Source of the DNA: Actinomycetota bacterium
GTDB lineage: Bacteria; Actinomycetota; Actinomycetes; S36-B12; UBA5976
Length of the DNA: 64,000 nt
Assembly (NCBI GenBank): GCA_009923495.1
Contig: RFTJ01000001.1
Location: 12,879-76,878, forward strand
Direction: 5' to 3'
Below are positions 25,156 to 36,543 of the stretch, one piece after another. Each line of letters begins with the position of its first letter. Position 1 is the first letter of the stretch. Under the pieces are notes generated by a model. It saw only the letters and a list, made by a program, of their open reading frames with translations, did not search any database and had not been told where the DNA came from. Made by a program: the position numbers and the translations under genes.

Positions 25156-25641
25156 TTAAATGCCTAAAGTAGAGCGAAGTGAAGATAAGGCTTCCTTTAT
25201 GCGACTCTGACTCACACCTGAAGAAACTAGATCACCACCGGGAAGTGTTGTCCATTGAATGCCGCTGGCAGTGCGTCGCGCGATAAACCTGACTTTCCCG
25301 ACCTCAGCAACATCAAGATAGCGGTCGATGACAATTATCGAAGTGACTCGATCTCGGACTGCAGTTGGCACCAAACCCGGGTCAGTAAGCTCGTAACTTA
25401 CAGTTTTTGGTTCACCGTTGTGCAGGAAAATCACGTGCAGATCTGGCGCTTCCCAACGAGCCGATAGCGCATCTGACCAAAACCAATCTTGTAATTCTTG
25501 GTCAATCGATACCAGTAGACGCTGATCTGTGACTGTCAATATTCCGGTTCTATGTAGACCCCAAGCCAACAAAAACTCACCCTGAGCAAAATGGGATCGA
25601 ATCTCTTTAGGCAGTGGCTGGGGGCGTTGAAATAATTTCAC
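25156..25641 (-). CDS. Hypothetical protein downstream of dnaG
   Basis: 161-aa ORF whose start overlaps the dnaG stop by 1 nt, suggesting an operon. I recognised no motif. Confidence 0.5.
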   Translation of the reverse strand: MKLFQRPQPLPKEIRSHFAQGEFLLAWGLHRTGILTVTDQRLLVSIDQELQDWFWSDALSARWEAPDLHVIFLHNGEPKTVSYELTDPGLVPTAVRDRVTSIIVIDRYLDVAEVGKVRFIARRTASGIQWTTLPGGDLVSSGVSQSRIKEALSSLRSTLGI

Positions 25642-27488
25642 TACTGATCACCAACGGCAAATTCACGCATCGCTCGGCGATATTGTTCAAGTGCCAACAA
25701 GTCACCAAGTAATCGTTCTTGCTCCTTGGTGTCATCCTGCATTTCATTTCGCTGCAGTGCACCTTTAATTTCATCAATTCGCCGGCCAGCATCCATTTCG
25801 AGAACTCTAGCTAAGATAGCCTGCACGTAGCGCTCATCAGGTTGATCAACCGGCATCGGCTCAACAGCAAGGGAACGGACATGATTGGCAGTCTCATCAT
25901 CTGCAACTTCTAAAACAGCTTGAACCCATTTAGTGGCATCTGGAAAGTCCAGCGGATTTCCCGCCTGCACACAAGCGGAGTAAACAGAGGCGGCAGCCGG
26001 CACGGTAAACACCGACTCCTCGAGCGAACCGAACCACTCACCTACCAGAGCTGGTGCTTGAAGCACACACTTGAGTGCCGCTCGTTCAATCGCACCAACA
26101 TTTGCACTGGCTGGGCTGCTGGCTATAGACGCACTAATCGCAGCTACCGGCTGTCTAGAACTGGCTGATTTTCCGCCACCAACTTCTTTACGGATTGTGG
26201 CTTCATCAATAGATAACCAGCCGGCAACCATTCGAATGTACTCTGGTCGTATCGCTGAGTCTTTTATGCTAGCCAAGATTGGCGCTACTGCTCGCATCGC
26301 TAACACTCGACCTTCAGGCCCTTGTAGGTCATAGTCATTAATGGTTGCCCGCATTACGAATTCAAACAATGGAACTCGGGCGGCGATCAATTCCTTAACG
26401 GCCACAGCTCCACCCTTAAGTCGCAAGTCGCAAGGATCAAGGCCGTGTGGCTCAACAGCAACATATGTTGAGGCAACAAAATGCTGGTCTTCATTGAATG
26501 CCTTGAGTGCGGCCTTACGGCCTGCTTCGTCACCATCAAAAGTAAATACGATTTGGGCTTGGGCGACATCATCGTCAAGCAGAATTCGTCGCAGAATTCG
26601 CACATGATCGGTGCCGAATGCAGTGCCGCAGGTTGCCACGGCGGTGGTGATTCCAGCCAAATGACACGCCATCACATCGGTGTAGCCTTCAACAACAACA
26701 GCCTGATGAGTTTTGGCCATCTCGCGCCGAGCAAGATCTAGACCATAAAGAACCTGCGACTTTCGATAAATCGGAGTCTCAGGTGTATTCAGATATTTGG
26801 GACCTTGGTCAGACTCTGAAAGTTTGCGGGCACCAAAGCCAATCGGGTCACCACCTGCATCTCGAATCGGCCACATTAACCGATCGCGAAACCGATCGTA
26901 GGCCCCGCGCTGTCCAGCAACAGCCAAACCTGCAGTAACCATTTCTTCTTGGCTAAAGCCCTTTTGTCGCAGCAAATTGGTCAGCCCGTCCCACCCAGCT
27001 GGTGAATAGCCAACTGCAAATGTCGCCCAAGAATCTTGGTCAAAACCGCGCTGGGTCAAAAATTCGCGGGCATGGGCAGCATCAGCACCTAGCAACTGGT
27101 GCTGATAGTAAGTCATAGCTATGCGATGCGCCTCTAGTAATCTGATGCGCTGTCCGTGCTGGGTTGCACTTTGATTAGCGCCCTCTTCATAGCGCAAAGC
27201 AATGTTGTATTTGTCGGCTAGGCGTTCAACGGCCTCAGTGAAACTCAGGGCATCAATCTTGCGAACATAAGTGATTACATCCCCACCTTCCCCGCAGGAA
27301 AAGCAGTGATACAAGCCTTTACTGGGAGTGACATGGAATGATGCCGTGCGCTCATCGTGAAAAGGACAGAGTCCTTTGAAGCTTCCTCCGCCGGCTGGCT
27401 TAAGCGTTACAGTTTCGCGAACCACTTCATCAATTTGGGCACGTTCGCGAACGATGTTTACATCCTCTTCACGAATTCGACCGGCCAT
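25641..27488 (-). CDS. dnaG: DNA primase
   Basis: Zinc ribbon CPFHDERTASFHV...YHCFSCGEGGD, TOPRIM VVVEGYTDVMA, 615 aa. Confidence 0.95.
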   Translation of the reverse strand: MAGRIREEDVNIVRERAQIDEVVRETVTLKPAGGGSFKGLCPFHDERTASFHVTPSKGLYHCFSCGEGGDVITYVRKIDALSFTEAVERLADKYNIALRYEEGANQSATQHGQRIRLLEAHRIAMTYYQHQLLGADAAHAREFLTQRGFDQDSWATFAVGYSPAGWDGLTNLLRQKGFSQEEMVTAGLAVAGQRGAYDRFRDRLMWPIRDAGGDPIGFGARKLSESDQGPKYLNTPETPIYRKSQVLYGLDLARREMAKTHQAVVVEGYTDVMACHLAGITTAVATCGTAFGTDHVRILRRILLDDDVAQAQIVFTFDGDEAGRKAALKAFNEDQHFVASTYVAVEPHGLDPCDLRLKGGAVAVKELIAARVPLFEFVMRATINDYDLQGPEGRVLAMRAVAPILASIKDSAIRPEYIRMVAGWLSIDEATIRKEVGGGKSASSRQPVAAISASIASSPASANVGAIERAALKCVLQAPALVGEWFGSLEESVFTVPAAASVYSACVQAGNPLDFPDATKWVQAVLEVADDETANHVRSLAVEPMPVDQPDERYVQAILARVLEMDAGRRIDEIKGALQRNEMQDDTKEQERLLGDLLALEQYRRAMREFAVGDQ

Positions 27489-27497
27489 AAGTCAATG

Positions 27498-28754
27498 CTA
27501 CGCGCACAACGTTGTGTGCCACTGCTGGGCGCTGACATCAGTTAGCGAGGCCACTTGATCAATAATGCACCGAGATTTTGCTACGTCGGATTCGGCAGTT
27601 AGCCAGAGGTCACGATGTATTGAATCTAACCGAGCGATGGGATCATCTGAGATTGCCGAGACCAGATCAGCGATCTGCTGGCGTTGGTGGGCATAAATTG
27701 CATCGATTCCGGAACGACTCATGACAAATCTGGCTGCCAGCGCTTTAAGGGCTGTTACTTCATATCGAGCAGCCTCGGGAACTATCAAGTCAGCGCCGTA
27801 CCGAGTCAAATTTCCTGAACCAAATTTATCCCGAGTGGCAATCGCTGCCGCTTTACAGAACCGGCCAACCAGTGTGCTTGTGGTATTTTTCAATGCTGCC
27901 ATTGATCTGGTTGTGCCATCAAAAGTTTGTGGCCAACATGGCAGCCCGTGCAATCTTTTCAGAGCATCATCTAAACCGGCAGCCGAGAAATGCTCGCCAT
28001 ACCAACTGCGAGCGATTTCGATAACTTCGCTTCGGCCAGTTTCTGAAGCCAGAATGCCTACGGTCAAATGTCCCCCATGAATTGCGTCTTCTACATCATG
28101 AACGCTGTATGAAACATCATCTGACCAGTCCATAACTTGAGCTTCAAAGCAAGTCATAGTGTCAGTGCGACCATCGCGCATCCAATTAAATGCATCGAGA
28201 TCCTCGTCGTACACGCCAAACTTATTTGACTCTGGTTTACGAATCCATGGATATTTGGAAGCCGCATCTAAAGTAGCTCGGGTTAAATTAAGGCCGATGC
28301 TTTTGCCGGGACGAATATTTTTATCATCAGAGATCGACTTAGGTTCTAGCCTGGTTAGTAATCTGAACGACTGAGCATTTCCTTCAAACCCCCCAATTTT
28401 GCTAGCAAGTTCATTGAGGGCCGTCTCACCATTATGTCCAAAGGGTGGGTGGCCTAAATCGTGAGACAAACAAGCTGCGTCAACTAAATCAGGGTTGCAG
28501 CCAAGGGAGGCTCCGAGTTCTCTGCCAACCTGAGCACACTCTAGCGAGTGGGTTAAGCGCGTGCGGGGAAAATCAGCCTGCCCCGCGACCATAACCTGTG
28601 TTTTGACGCCAAGGCGACGAAGTGCTGAAGAGTGCATTACACGCGCGCGATCGCGGGCAAATTCGGTGCGATCTACACCTTTGTTGGGCTCAATGACCCA
28701 ACGCTGAACATCAGCATCTGTATATCCTTCTGGAATATTCACGATATCTACCAT
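27498..28754 (-). CDS. dgt: dGTPase-like deoxynucleoside triphosphate triphosphohydrolase
   Basis: HD-domain motifs RLTHSLECAQVGRELG and SHDLGHPPFGH. It sits next to dnaG, as in the conserved actinobacterial order. Confidence 0.9.
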   Translation of the reverse strand: MVDIVNIPEGYTDADVQRWVIEPNKGVDRTEFARDRARVMHSSALRRLGVKTQVMVAGQADFPRTRLTHSLECAQVGRELGASLGCNPDLVDAACLSHDLGHPPFGHNGETALNELASKIGGFEGNAQSFRLLTRLEPKSISDDKNIRPGKSIGLNLTRATLDAASKYPWIRKPESNKFGVYDEDLDAFNWMRDGRTDTMTCFEAQVMDWSDDVSYSVHDVEDAIHGGHLTVGILASETGRSEVIEIARSWYGEHFSAAGLDDALKRLHGLPCWPQTFDGTTRSMAALKNTTSTLVGRFCKAAAIATRDKFGSGNLTRYGADLIVPEAARYEVTALKALAARFVMSRSGIDAIYAHQRQQIADLVSAISDDPIARLDSIHRDLWLTAESDVAKSRCIIDQVASLTDVSAQQWHTTLCA

Positions 28755-28768
28755 GCCATACCGCTACG

Positions 28769-29934
28769 TCATCCACCGCTGACGTTGAGTTCAGCAGCGC
28801 GAACTTGCGCCTGGTCAAGGACTGAAAGGTGTTGTGAATTCAGCCAACCATCAGGGAGGGCAACTCGCCGATTCGGGGTTGTCCGCCCGCGTGGCGAGTG
28901 GGCGATTTCAGTTCCTAACTGTTGGTTGCCATCAATAGTGGCAAGTAGGTCATCTAATTCGGAAAGTGACTCAATTAACGCTAGAGCACCTCTGACTTCA
29001 CTGCCAACGATTAAACCTTTGAGATACCAGGCCATATGTTTGCGCATTTCTCGGCACCCATAGAATTCATCACCGTGCATTGCTACTAGCAATTCGGCGT
29101 GCCTGCGCAAAAGTCCAACGATCACCTCGGCCGTTGGTTCGGGTGGAACTGGCAGTTGCGCAAAAGCCGAACGAATTTGACCAAATAGCCAAGGTCGGCC
29201 AAGACAGCCGCGCCCAACTACTACTCCACGGGCTCCGGTTTGGTTCAGCATATTTTCTGCATCCGCAGCGCTCCAAATATCACCGTTACCCAGCACCGGA
29301 GTGTTTGGCAAGTGTTCGACTAACTGGGCGATTGCCTGCCAGTTTGCTGTACCGCCGTAGTACTGCGCGGCCGTCCGACCATGCAGTGCGACCCAAAAAA
29401 CGCCAGCTTCAGCCGCTATTCGACCAGCATCTAAAAAGGTTTCATGTTCGTCATCAATACCGATGCGCATTTTTACCGTAACTGGAACTTTTCCTCTTGC
29501 ATACTTCACGGCAGCTTGAACGATGTCTGTAAATAGATCTCGCTTCCAGGGCAATGCGCTGCCGCCACCTTTTCGAGTCACTTTCGGAACCGGGCAACCG
29601 AAATTCAAATCAATGTGATCTGCCAAATCTTGATCAACAACCATGGCAACTGCGCGGCCAACTATGTCTGGGTCTACACCGTAAAGTTGAATGCTTCGTG
29701 GCGACTCATCTGAATCAAAAGTAATTAAATCTAAAGTTTCTTGGTTGCCCATCAAGAGGGCAATCGAGGTGGTCATTTCGGCAACATAAATGGTGCCATC
29801 CTGGTCAGTCTGACCTGCAGCCAACCGAATGTCGCGTGATGCTTCGCGACATACCCGCCTAAAAGCGCGGTTGGTAATTCCGGCCATTGGCGCTAGTTCG
29901 ATAACTGGCTCACCAGCCAACAAGTCCGCAAACA

Positions 29935-29935
<1 letters not shown>
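28769..29935 (-). CDS. dusB: tRNA-dihydrouridine synthase
   Basis: LAPMAGITNRAFR and DLNFGCP motifs with a TIM-barrel flavoenzyme pattern. I prefer the start at Met11 (29935) because it forms a TGATG stop/start overlap with glyQS; the longest ORF reaches 29965. Confidence 0.85.
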
Positions 29936-31311
<1,376 letters not shown>

Positions 31312-31386
31312 GAACTCTCATCATTCATTCGTGTCGCCGACTGGTTGCCGGCGCCCGGACTTTCTATTCTAGCGGGCTTGCCTAAA

Positions 31387-31737
31387 TTAACTTTGGTGCA
31401 CGCTACTGGGGTATTCAATCGAGCTGTCTTTAGAGCGCTCGAGCAATGTTTCAAAAGTGCTTGGCAGATCAAGCATGGGTGCAATAAACGGCCAGACCAC
31501 CAGTTTGGCTGGCGTTGCCGAGAGTGCTCGGCGATATGAACCAACATCTTGCCAGGTGGATTGCACCAGATATCTATTCGGCTCGTCTGGACTATGTAGT
31601 AGTTGCAATGAGACAAAGCCGATTGAACTGGAAAGGACTTCAATTACTTTTTCGAGTTGCGAGCGCCACTGGGAATATTCCGAAACATCAAAGGACCAGT
31701 GCGAGCAAAACGGCTGACTTTCCATGTAATTAGTCAA
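31387..31737 (-). CDS. ABM (antibiotic biosynthesis monooxygenase-like) domain protein
   Basis: The segment GFVSLQLLHSPDEPNRYLVQSTWQDVGSYRRAL fits the ferredoxin-like ABM pattern. Several overlapping alternative ORFs exist in this region, and this one has the most protein-like sequence. Confidence 0.5.
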   Translation of the reverse strand: MTNYMESQPFCSHWSFDVSEYSQWRSQLEKVIEVLSSSIGFVSLQLLHSPDEPNRYLVQSTWQDVGSYRRALSATPAKLVVWPFIAPMLDLPSTFETLLERSKDSSIEYPSSVHQS

Positions 31738-31796
31738 CCAGAGTTGTGCAAAGTTACCAATTCAGAGAAATACAAAACTTCCACTACGATTTCACT

Positions 31797-32558
31797 ATGT
31801 CCCAAGACATTAACTACGCAGGAATTGCTGTTGCGGTGGTAACCGTTCTCGGCACTGCTTTTGGTGGATCGTTAGCTCTTCGCACGCGAGACAAAATGCA
31901 TTTGCTCTTGGGGTTCTCCGGCGGATTGCTTCTCGGACTAGCTGCTTTTGACCTGATCCCAGAAGTTTTTGATCTGAGTGATGACGAGATTTTTCACATT
32001 CCGACTGTGATGATTTGTTTGGTTGTTGGCTTTTTACTCTTACACATCATTGAACGAATCTCTGGCGCTCATGAGCCAGTGGAAACCGAGTATGTTCACG
32101 ATCACCAACACAGTCACGGCATCACTGCTGGCTATGTTGGCGCCGCTGCCATGGTTATCCATGTTTTCTTAGATGGCGTGGCCATCGGACTTTCCTTCCA
32201 AGTAAGTAATGCGCTGGGGGTGGCAGTGGCAATTGCTGTTGTCGCCCACGCTTTTACGGACGGACTAAATACTGTTGCGTTACTGGTAGATTCTGGAAAC
32301 TGGCGCAAGCAGTCGGTGTACTTGCTTGGCGTCGATGGTGTAGCTAGGCTCAGCGGAGCCGCACTTGGAACCTACATTTTAATTAGCGAACGCTTTGTTT
32401 CACTTTACCTAGCCCTGTTTGCCGGCATGATTATTTACTTGGCCACATCACATATTCTGCCTGAGGCGCATAGTAAGCATCCATCTCGCCTAACTCTGAT
32501 TAGCACAATTGCTGGCGTATTGGTGATGTTCGCCATTATCAATGTGGCTCACCAATAA
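31797..32558 (+). CDS. zupT: ZIP-family divalent metal (zinc) transporter, ZupT-like
   Basis: A His-rich loop (EYVHDHQHSHG) lies between TM bundles, with HVFLDGVAIG and AHAFTDG metal-site motifs. I prefer ATG 31797, but GTG 31746 is possible. Confidence 0.8.
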   Translation: MSQDINYAGIAVAVVTVLGTAFGGSLALRTRDKMHLLLGFSGGLLLGLAAFDLIPEVFDLSDDEIFHIPTVMICLVVGFLLLHIIERISGAHEPVETEYVHDHQHSHGITAGYVGAAAMVIHVFLDGVAIGLSFQVSNALGVAVAIAVVAHAFTDGLNTVALLVDSGNWRKQSVYLLGVDGVARLSGAALGTYILISERFVSLYLALFAGMIIYLATSHILPEAHSKHPSRLTLISTIAGVLVMFAIINVAHQ

Positions 32559-32559
32559 T

Positions 32560-33330
32560 TCAGACTTGATTCGGGAGAGCACCGCCGAAGCGACGATCCC
32601 GACTGGCGAAAATTTCACAGGCTTGCCAGAGTTGTCTGCGGTCAAAATCTGGCCATAGATCTGGCAGAAATACCATTTCAGCGTAAGCGCTCTGCCAAAG
32701 CAAGAAGTTGCTGGTGCGCTGTTCGCCACTGGATCGAACAAAAAGATCTACATCAGGCATGTCTGGTTCGTCTAGATAGCGACCAAGGGTTTTCTCGTTG
32801 ACTTTTGCCGGATCTATCCGCCCTGCCGCAACTTCCACGGCAATTCTTGAAACCGCATCGACGATTTCAGCTCGGCCACCATAGTTAACACACATGTAAA
32901 GAGTTAAGTTTCGATTCCGTTTGGTTAACTCTTCGGCTGTCTCGAGCTCTTGAATAACAGATTTCCATAACTTCGGACGCCGGCCAACCCACCTTATCCG
33001 CACGCCTAAATCATTCATCTCGTCTCGACGCCTGCGGATTACTTCTCGATTGAAATTCATAAGAAAGCGCACTTCCTCTGGCGTTCGACGCCAATTTTCG
33101 GTCGAGAATGCATACGCCGAAATATGTTTGATGCCAAGTTCTAGTGCTCCGTGCACACAGTCGAGCAGACTTGCTTCACCTGCTTCATGTCCTGCAGTTC
33201 TGGGTAAGCCGCGCTCTTTGGCCCAACGCCCGTTACCATCCATAACTATGGCCACATGATTTGGGACAAACTGAATAGGAATTTTCGGTGCCTTAACCCC
33301 GCTTGGATGGGCAGTTGGCTTTTTCACCAT
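32560..33330 (-). CDS. uppS: Isoprenyl (undecaprenyl/decaprenyl) diphosphate synthase, cis-prenyltransferase
   Basis: [21 protein letters not shown] and a C-terminal RRFG motif. Confidence 0.95.
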   Translation of the reverse strand: MVKKPTAHPSGVKAPKIPIQFVPNHVAIVMDGNGRWAKERGLPRTAGHEAGEASLLDCVHGALELGIKHISAYAFSTENWRRTPEEVRFLMNFNREVIRRRRDEMNDLGVRIRWVGRRPKLWKSVIQELETAEELTKRNRNLTLYMCVNYGGRAEIVDAVSRIAVEVAAGRIDPAKVNEKTLGRYLDEPDMPDVDLFVRSSGEQRTSNFLLWQSAYAEMVFLPDLWPDFDRRQLWQACEIFASRDRRFGGALPNQV

Positions 33331-33355
33331 GAGTTACATCTTGCCATGCTGTGGA

Positions 33356-34087
33356 CTACTGCCGGTCTACGAGTGGCAAAGATCGAAGTCCGCGCTCCAG
33401 ATGCCACTGCGTGTAGGCGGCCACTAATCCTGATGCTTCTCGAACTATTGGCTCACCTGCTGCATCAGCAATTGGCCAATCGCCTTGCAGTAAGGCCAAA
33501 AGCAGTCTGATAGTTTCAGGCTTTGGCGCCACACTTCCTGGCTGGCGGTGATCGGCACAAAGCGCGCCACCAGTAGCGACATTAAAAAATGGCTGACTTC
33601 CAGAAACTCCACATACTGCGCACTCAAGTAATACCGGAGCGTAGCCAGCCATTGACAAAGCTCGCAGTAAATAGGCATTTAGGACAAGGAGCCCATCGTG
33701 TTCTTTTTCGGTCAGCGACTTCAAGGCACCAACTAGAAGTAAGTACTGAGTTTCTGCTGGCACAGATTCCTCGGAAGCAATCCGGTCAGCTGTTTCCAAA
33801 ATTGTTTGTCCGATGGTCCAGCGGGGATAATCCAGGGCAAGTGCTTCACCATACACCGATAAGGTCTCAGCCTGAGTGATGATGTCTAAATTTTTGCCAG
33901 GTGCGATAAATAGTTCGACTCGACTAAATGGCTCTAAGCGTGCACCAAATTTGCTACGAGTTCGCCTTACCCCTTTTGCAACAGCCCTTATTTTTCCCTT
34001 TTCCCGAGTCAGCAGCGTAATTATGCGATCGGCTTCCCCTAATTTGTGCGTGCGCAGGACCACAGCCTCAACCCGATAACTTCGCAC
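33356..34087 (-). CDS. recO: DNA repair protein RecO
   Basis: 243 aa with an N-terminal OB-fold region (VVLRTHKLGEADRIITLLT), a Cys-containing zinc motif CAVCG...CADH, and the conserved position next to uppS and era. Confidence 0.9.
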   Translation of the reverse strand: MRSYRVEAVVLRTHKLGEADRIITLLTREKGKIRAVAKGVRRTRSKFGARLEPFSRVELFIAPGKNLDIITQAETLSVYGEALALDYPRWTIGQTILETADRIASEESVPAETQYLLLVGALKSLTEKEHDGLLVLNAYLLRALSMAGYAPVLLECAVCGVSGSQPFFNVATGGALCADHRQPGSVAPKPETIRLLLALLQGDWPIADAAGEPIVREASGLVAAYTQWHLERGLRSLPLVDRQ

Positions 34088-34150
34088 ACACCTATCGTGT
34101 CATGTGTTTGCTACAAACTCTGACAGGCCTGATGCATTAGCGTTACAGGT

Positions 34151-35308
34151 ATGGCAGTAGAAGGCACGACCAGTTCCAGTAAACCAGCCGATGATGGTCA
34201 TTCACATATCATGAGCATCTCACTTGATCGCAATGGGCTTACTCGCTCCCTACGAACAATTACCATTTGGCTCGCATTAGCCTCGGTGGGTCTATGGGTT
34301 TTTCGCAGTAACGGCAATTTCCTGTTTCTCCTGTTGCTGGCTTGGCTATTTTCAATCGCCATGGAGCCGCCCGTTAGTGCGCTCGCCGCCAAAGGTTGGA
34401 AGCGCGGTACTGCCACAGGATTGGTGATGTTCCTGGTGCTTTTGGTTTTCAGTGCCTTTATCGGTGTGTTCGGTGGCATCTTCTTTAACCAAGCGGTCCA
34501 GTTCATAAATGCTTTGCCAACTGTGATTGTTGACGCCGTTAACTGGCTCAACTCAACATTCAATTTGGATTTGAAGGCACAAGATGTAATCAGCTCGTTG
34601 AATGTAACTCCAAGTCAAATTGCCACCTGGACGGCAAATTTCTCAGGCGGCGTAGTCGGCTTCTTGACCTCAATTATCGGTGGAGTTTTTCAGGTAATGA
34701 CTGGTCTACTGTTTGCGTTCTACTTTTGTGCCGATGGTCCAAGATTGCGCAGAGTTATCGGCTCTTGGTTATCACCATCGGCCCAGCAAGTGTTTGTTAC
34801 CACCTGGGATTTAGCCGTACAAAAGACTGGCGGCTTTGTTATGTCTAAAGTGATTCTGGCCGTGATTTCATTTGCGGTGCATGCGGCAGTCTTTGCCGGT
34901 ATTGGCGTTCCATATTGGTTAGCCATGGCATTAATTACCGGCTTAGTCAGCCAATTCGTGCCAACAATTGGAACGTACATCGCAATCTTGATTCCGCTAC
35001 TAGTTGCCTTCTTCAATCAGCCACTTGATGCACTTTGGGTGGTGTTATTCGCCAGCTTCTGGCAGCAGGTTGAAAACTATGTCATTAGTCCAAGAATTAG
35101 CAAGATGACTATGAATATTCATCCAGCTATTGCATTTGGTTCAGTGATAGTTTTTGCTAACCTCTTTGGCCCGATGGGTGCAGTAATTTCTGTGCCACTA
35201 GCCGCGGTGCTAGTGGCTGCTGTTGACACTTACGGAAACCGCTACGAGCTGATTCCACAATTACGGGAAACTGAAGTGCAAGAATCCTTAAAATCCCAGC
35301 CGATGTAA
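34151..35308 (+). CDS. AI-2E family transporter (PerM/UPF0118)
   Basis: 385 aa with about 8 TM segments. The layout and the C-terminal region FGPMGAVISVPLAA are typical of the family. Confidence 0.85.
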   Translation: MAVEGTTSSSKPADDGHSHIMSISLDRNGLTRSLRTITIWLALASVGLWVFRSNGNFLFLLLLAWLFSIAMEPPVSALAAKGWKRGTATGLVMFLVLLVFSAFIGVFGGIFFNQAVQFINALPTVIVDAVNWLNSTFNLDLKAQDVISSLNVTPSQIATWTANFSGGVVGFLTSIIGGVFQVMTGLLFAFYFCADGPRLRRVIGSWLSPSAQQVFVTTWDLAVQKTGGFVMSKVILAVISFAVHAAVFAGIGVPYWLAMALITGLVSQFVPTIGTYIAILIPLLVAFFNQPLDALWVVLFASFWQQVENYVISPRISKMTMNIHPAIAFGSVIVFANLFGPMGAVISVPLAAVLVAAVDTYGNRYELIPQLRETEVQESLKSQPM

Positions 35309-36205
35309 TTGCTTTGGATCGCGCTGCCAGTCCTTGGCGACTTTGACTCGTAAATCCAAATGAACCTGAACACCTAACAGTTTGCTGATGGCAGTTCGTG
35401 CACTAATGCCAACTTCCTTTAATCGGCTGCCGCCTTTGCCAATGACAATATGTTTTTGGCTTTCGCGTTCAACGTAGAGGTGAACATAGATGTCCATTAA
35501 TGGATTATCGTTCGAGCGTCCTTCGCGCAGAGCCATCTCTTCCACTACAACCGCAATGGAGTGTGGCAGTTCATCGCGAACTCCGGCCAGGGCCGCTTCA
35601 CGTACCAATTCTGCAATCATTACTTGCTCCGGTTCGTCCGTCAGTTCACCATCTGGATAAAGTGCGGAACCAATGGGCAATTCTTCAATAAGTAAATCGG
35701 CTAACAGTTCTACTTGATCTCCTGCAACTGCACTAACAGGAACGAGATGAAGCCAATCAATGCCAAGTTCTTGGCCAAGGTTAGCAACTGCCACCAACTG
35801 ATCACCAACTTGTTGTTTGGTCGCCTTATCAGTTTTTGTTACTACGGCAATTTTTCTGACCTTCGGCACACTAGCTAGCTCCGTAGCAATGAATTGATCG
35901 CCTGGGCCTATGGGCTCATCGGCAGGAAAGCACATAACGACTAGGTCAACTTCCGACCACGTGTCAGAGACTAGTGCGTTTAACCGTTCGCCAAGCAATG
36001 TCCTTGGCTTGTGTACACCCGGAGTATCAATAATCACTAGTTGCGCATTGGTTCGGTGCACAATACCCCGAATCACATGGCGAGTGGTTTGCGGCTTATC
36101 GGATGTGATTGCGACCTTTTGGCCAATTATTGCGTTGGTTAAAGTTGATTTTCCAACATTTGGGCGCCCAACTATGCAGGCAAAACCACTTTGAAATTCG
36201 GTCAT
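35288..36205 (-). CDS. era: GTPase Era
   Basis: G1 GRPNVGKSTL, G3 DTPG, G4 TKTD and a C-terminal KH domain (VIGKGGSRLKEVG). Confidence 0.95.
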   Translation of the reverse strand: MTEFQSGFACIVGRPNVGKSTLTNAIIGQKVAITSDKPQTTRHVIRGIVHRTNAQLVIIDTPGVHKPRTLLGERLNALVSDTWSEVDLVVMCFPADEPIGPGDQFIATELASVPKVRKIAVVTKTDKATKQQVGDQLVAVANLGQELGIDWLHLVPVSAVAGDQVELLADLLIEELPIGSALYPDGELTDEPEQVMIAELVREAALAGVRDELPHSIAVVVEEMALREGRSNDNPLMDIYVHLYVERESQKHIVIGKGGSRLKEVGISARTAISKLLGVQVHLDLRVKVAKDWQRDPKQLHRLGF

Positions 36206-36543
36206 GAATATAGTGTCCGAAGTAAGGTTCCTGAGTTATCAAATACGTGCACGGGTACACCGACGCCACCAGCAGCTTCAATTACATCTATATCTTTAGC
36301 GGTTACCAATACGTCATCAGCCACAATTACCACTGCTTCAATCCCAGTTGAGCCGCTAGAAAGGGCCACACCGGTAACCAGTTCAATTGCCGTCATTTCC
36401 AGCGGTCCGCGACTGACATTTGTCGCTGAATAGGTCCGCCCAGTTGAGTCACGCAGGGCAGCGCCACTGCTAGCAGCCACTCGGGCACGCGCTCCGCGAG
36501 CCAAGGTTACCAACTTGTCATCTTCTTCGGTCCACTCACTCAT
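36202..36543 (-). CDS. Conserved small protein of the era operon, cytidine-deaminase-like fold candidate lacking zinc ligands
   Basis: 113 aa with 4-nt and 8-nt overlaps with its neighbours. Its position matches the conserved hypothetical gene between era and the CNNM/CBS gene in other actinobacteria. There is no H/CAE or PCxxC motif. Confidence 0.55.
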   Translation of the reverse strand: MSEWTEEDDKLVTLARGARARVAASSGAALRDSTGRTYSATNVSRGPLEMTAIELVTGVALSSGSTGIEAVVIVADDVLVTAKDIDVIEAAGGVGVPVHVFDNSGTLLRTLYS

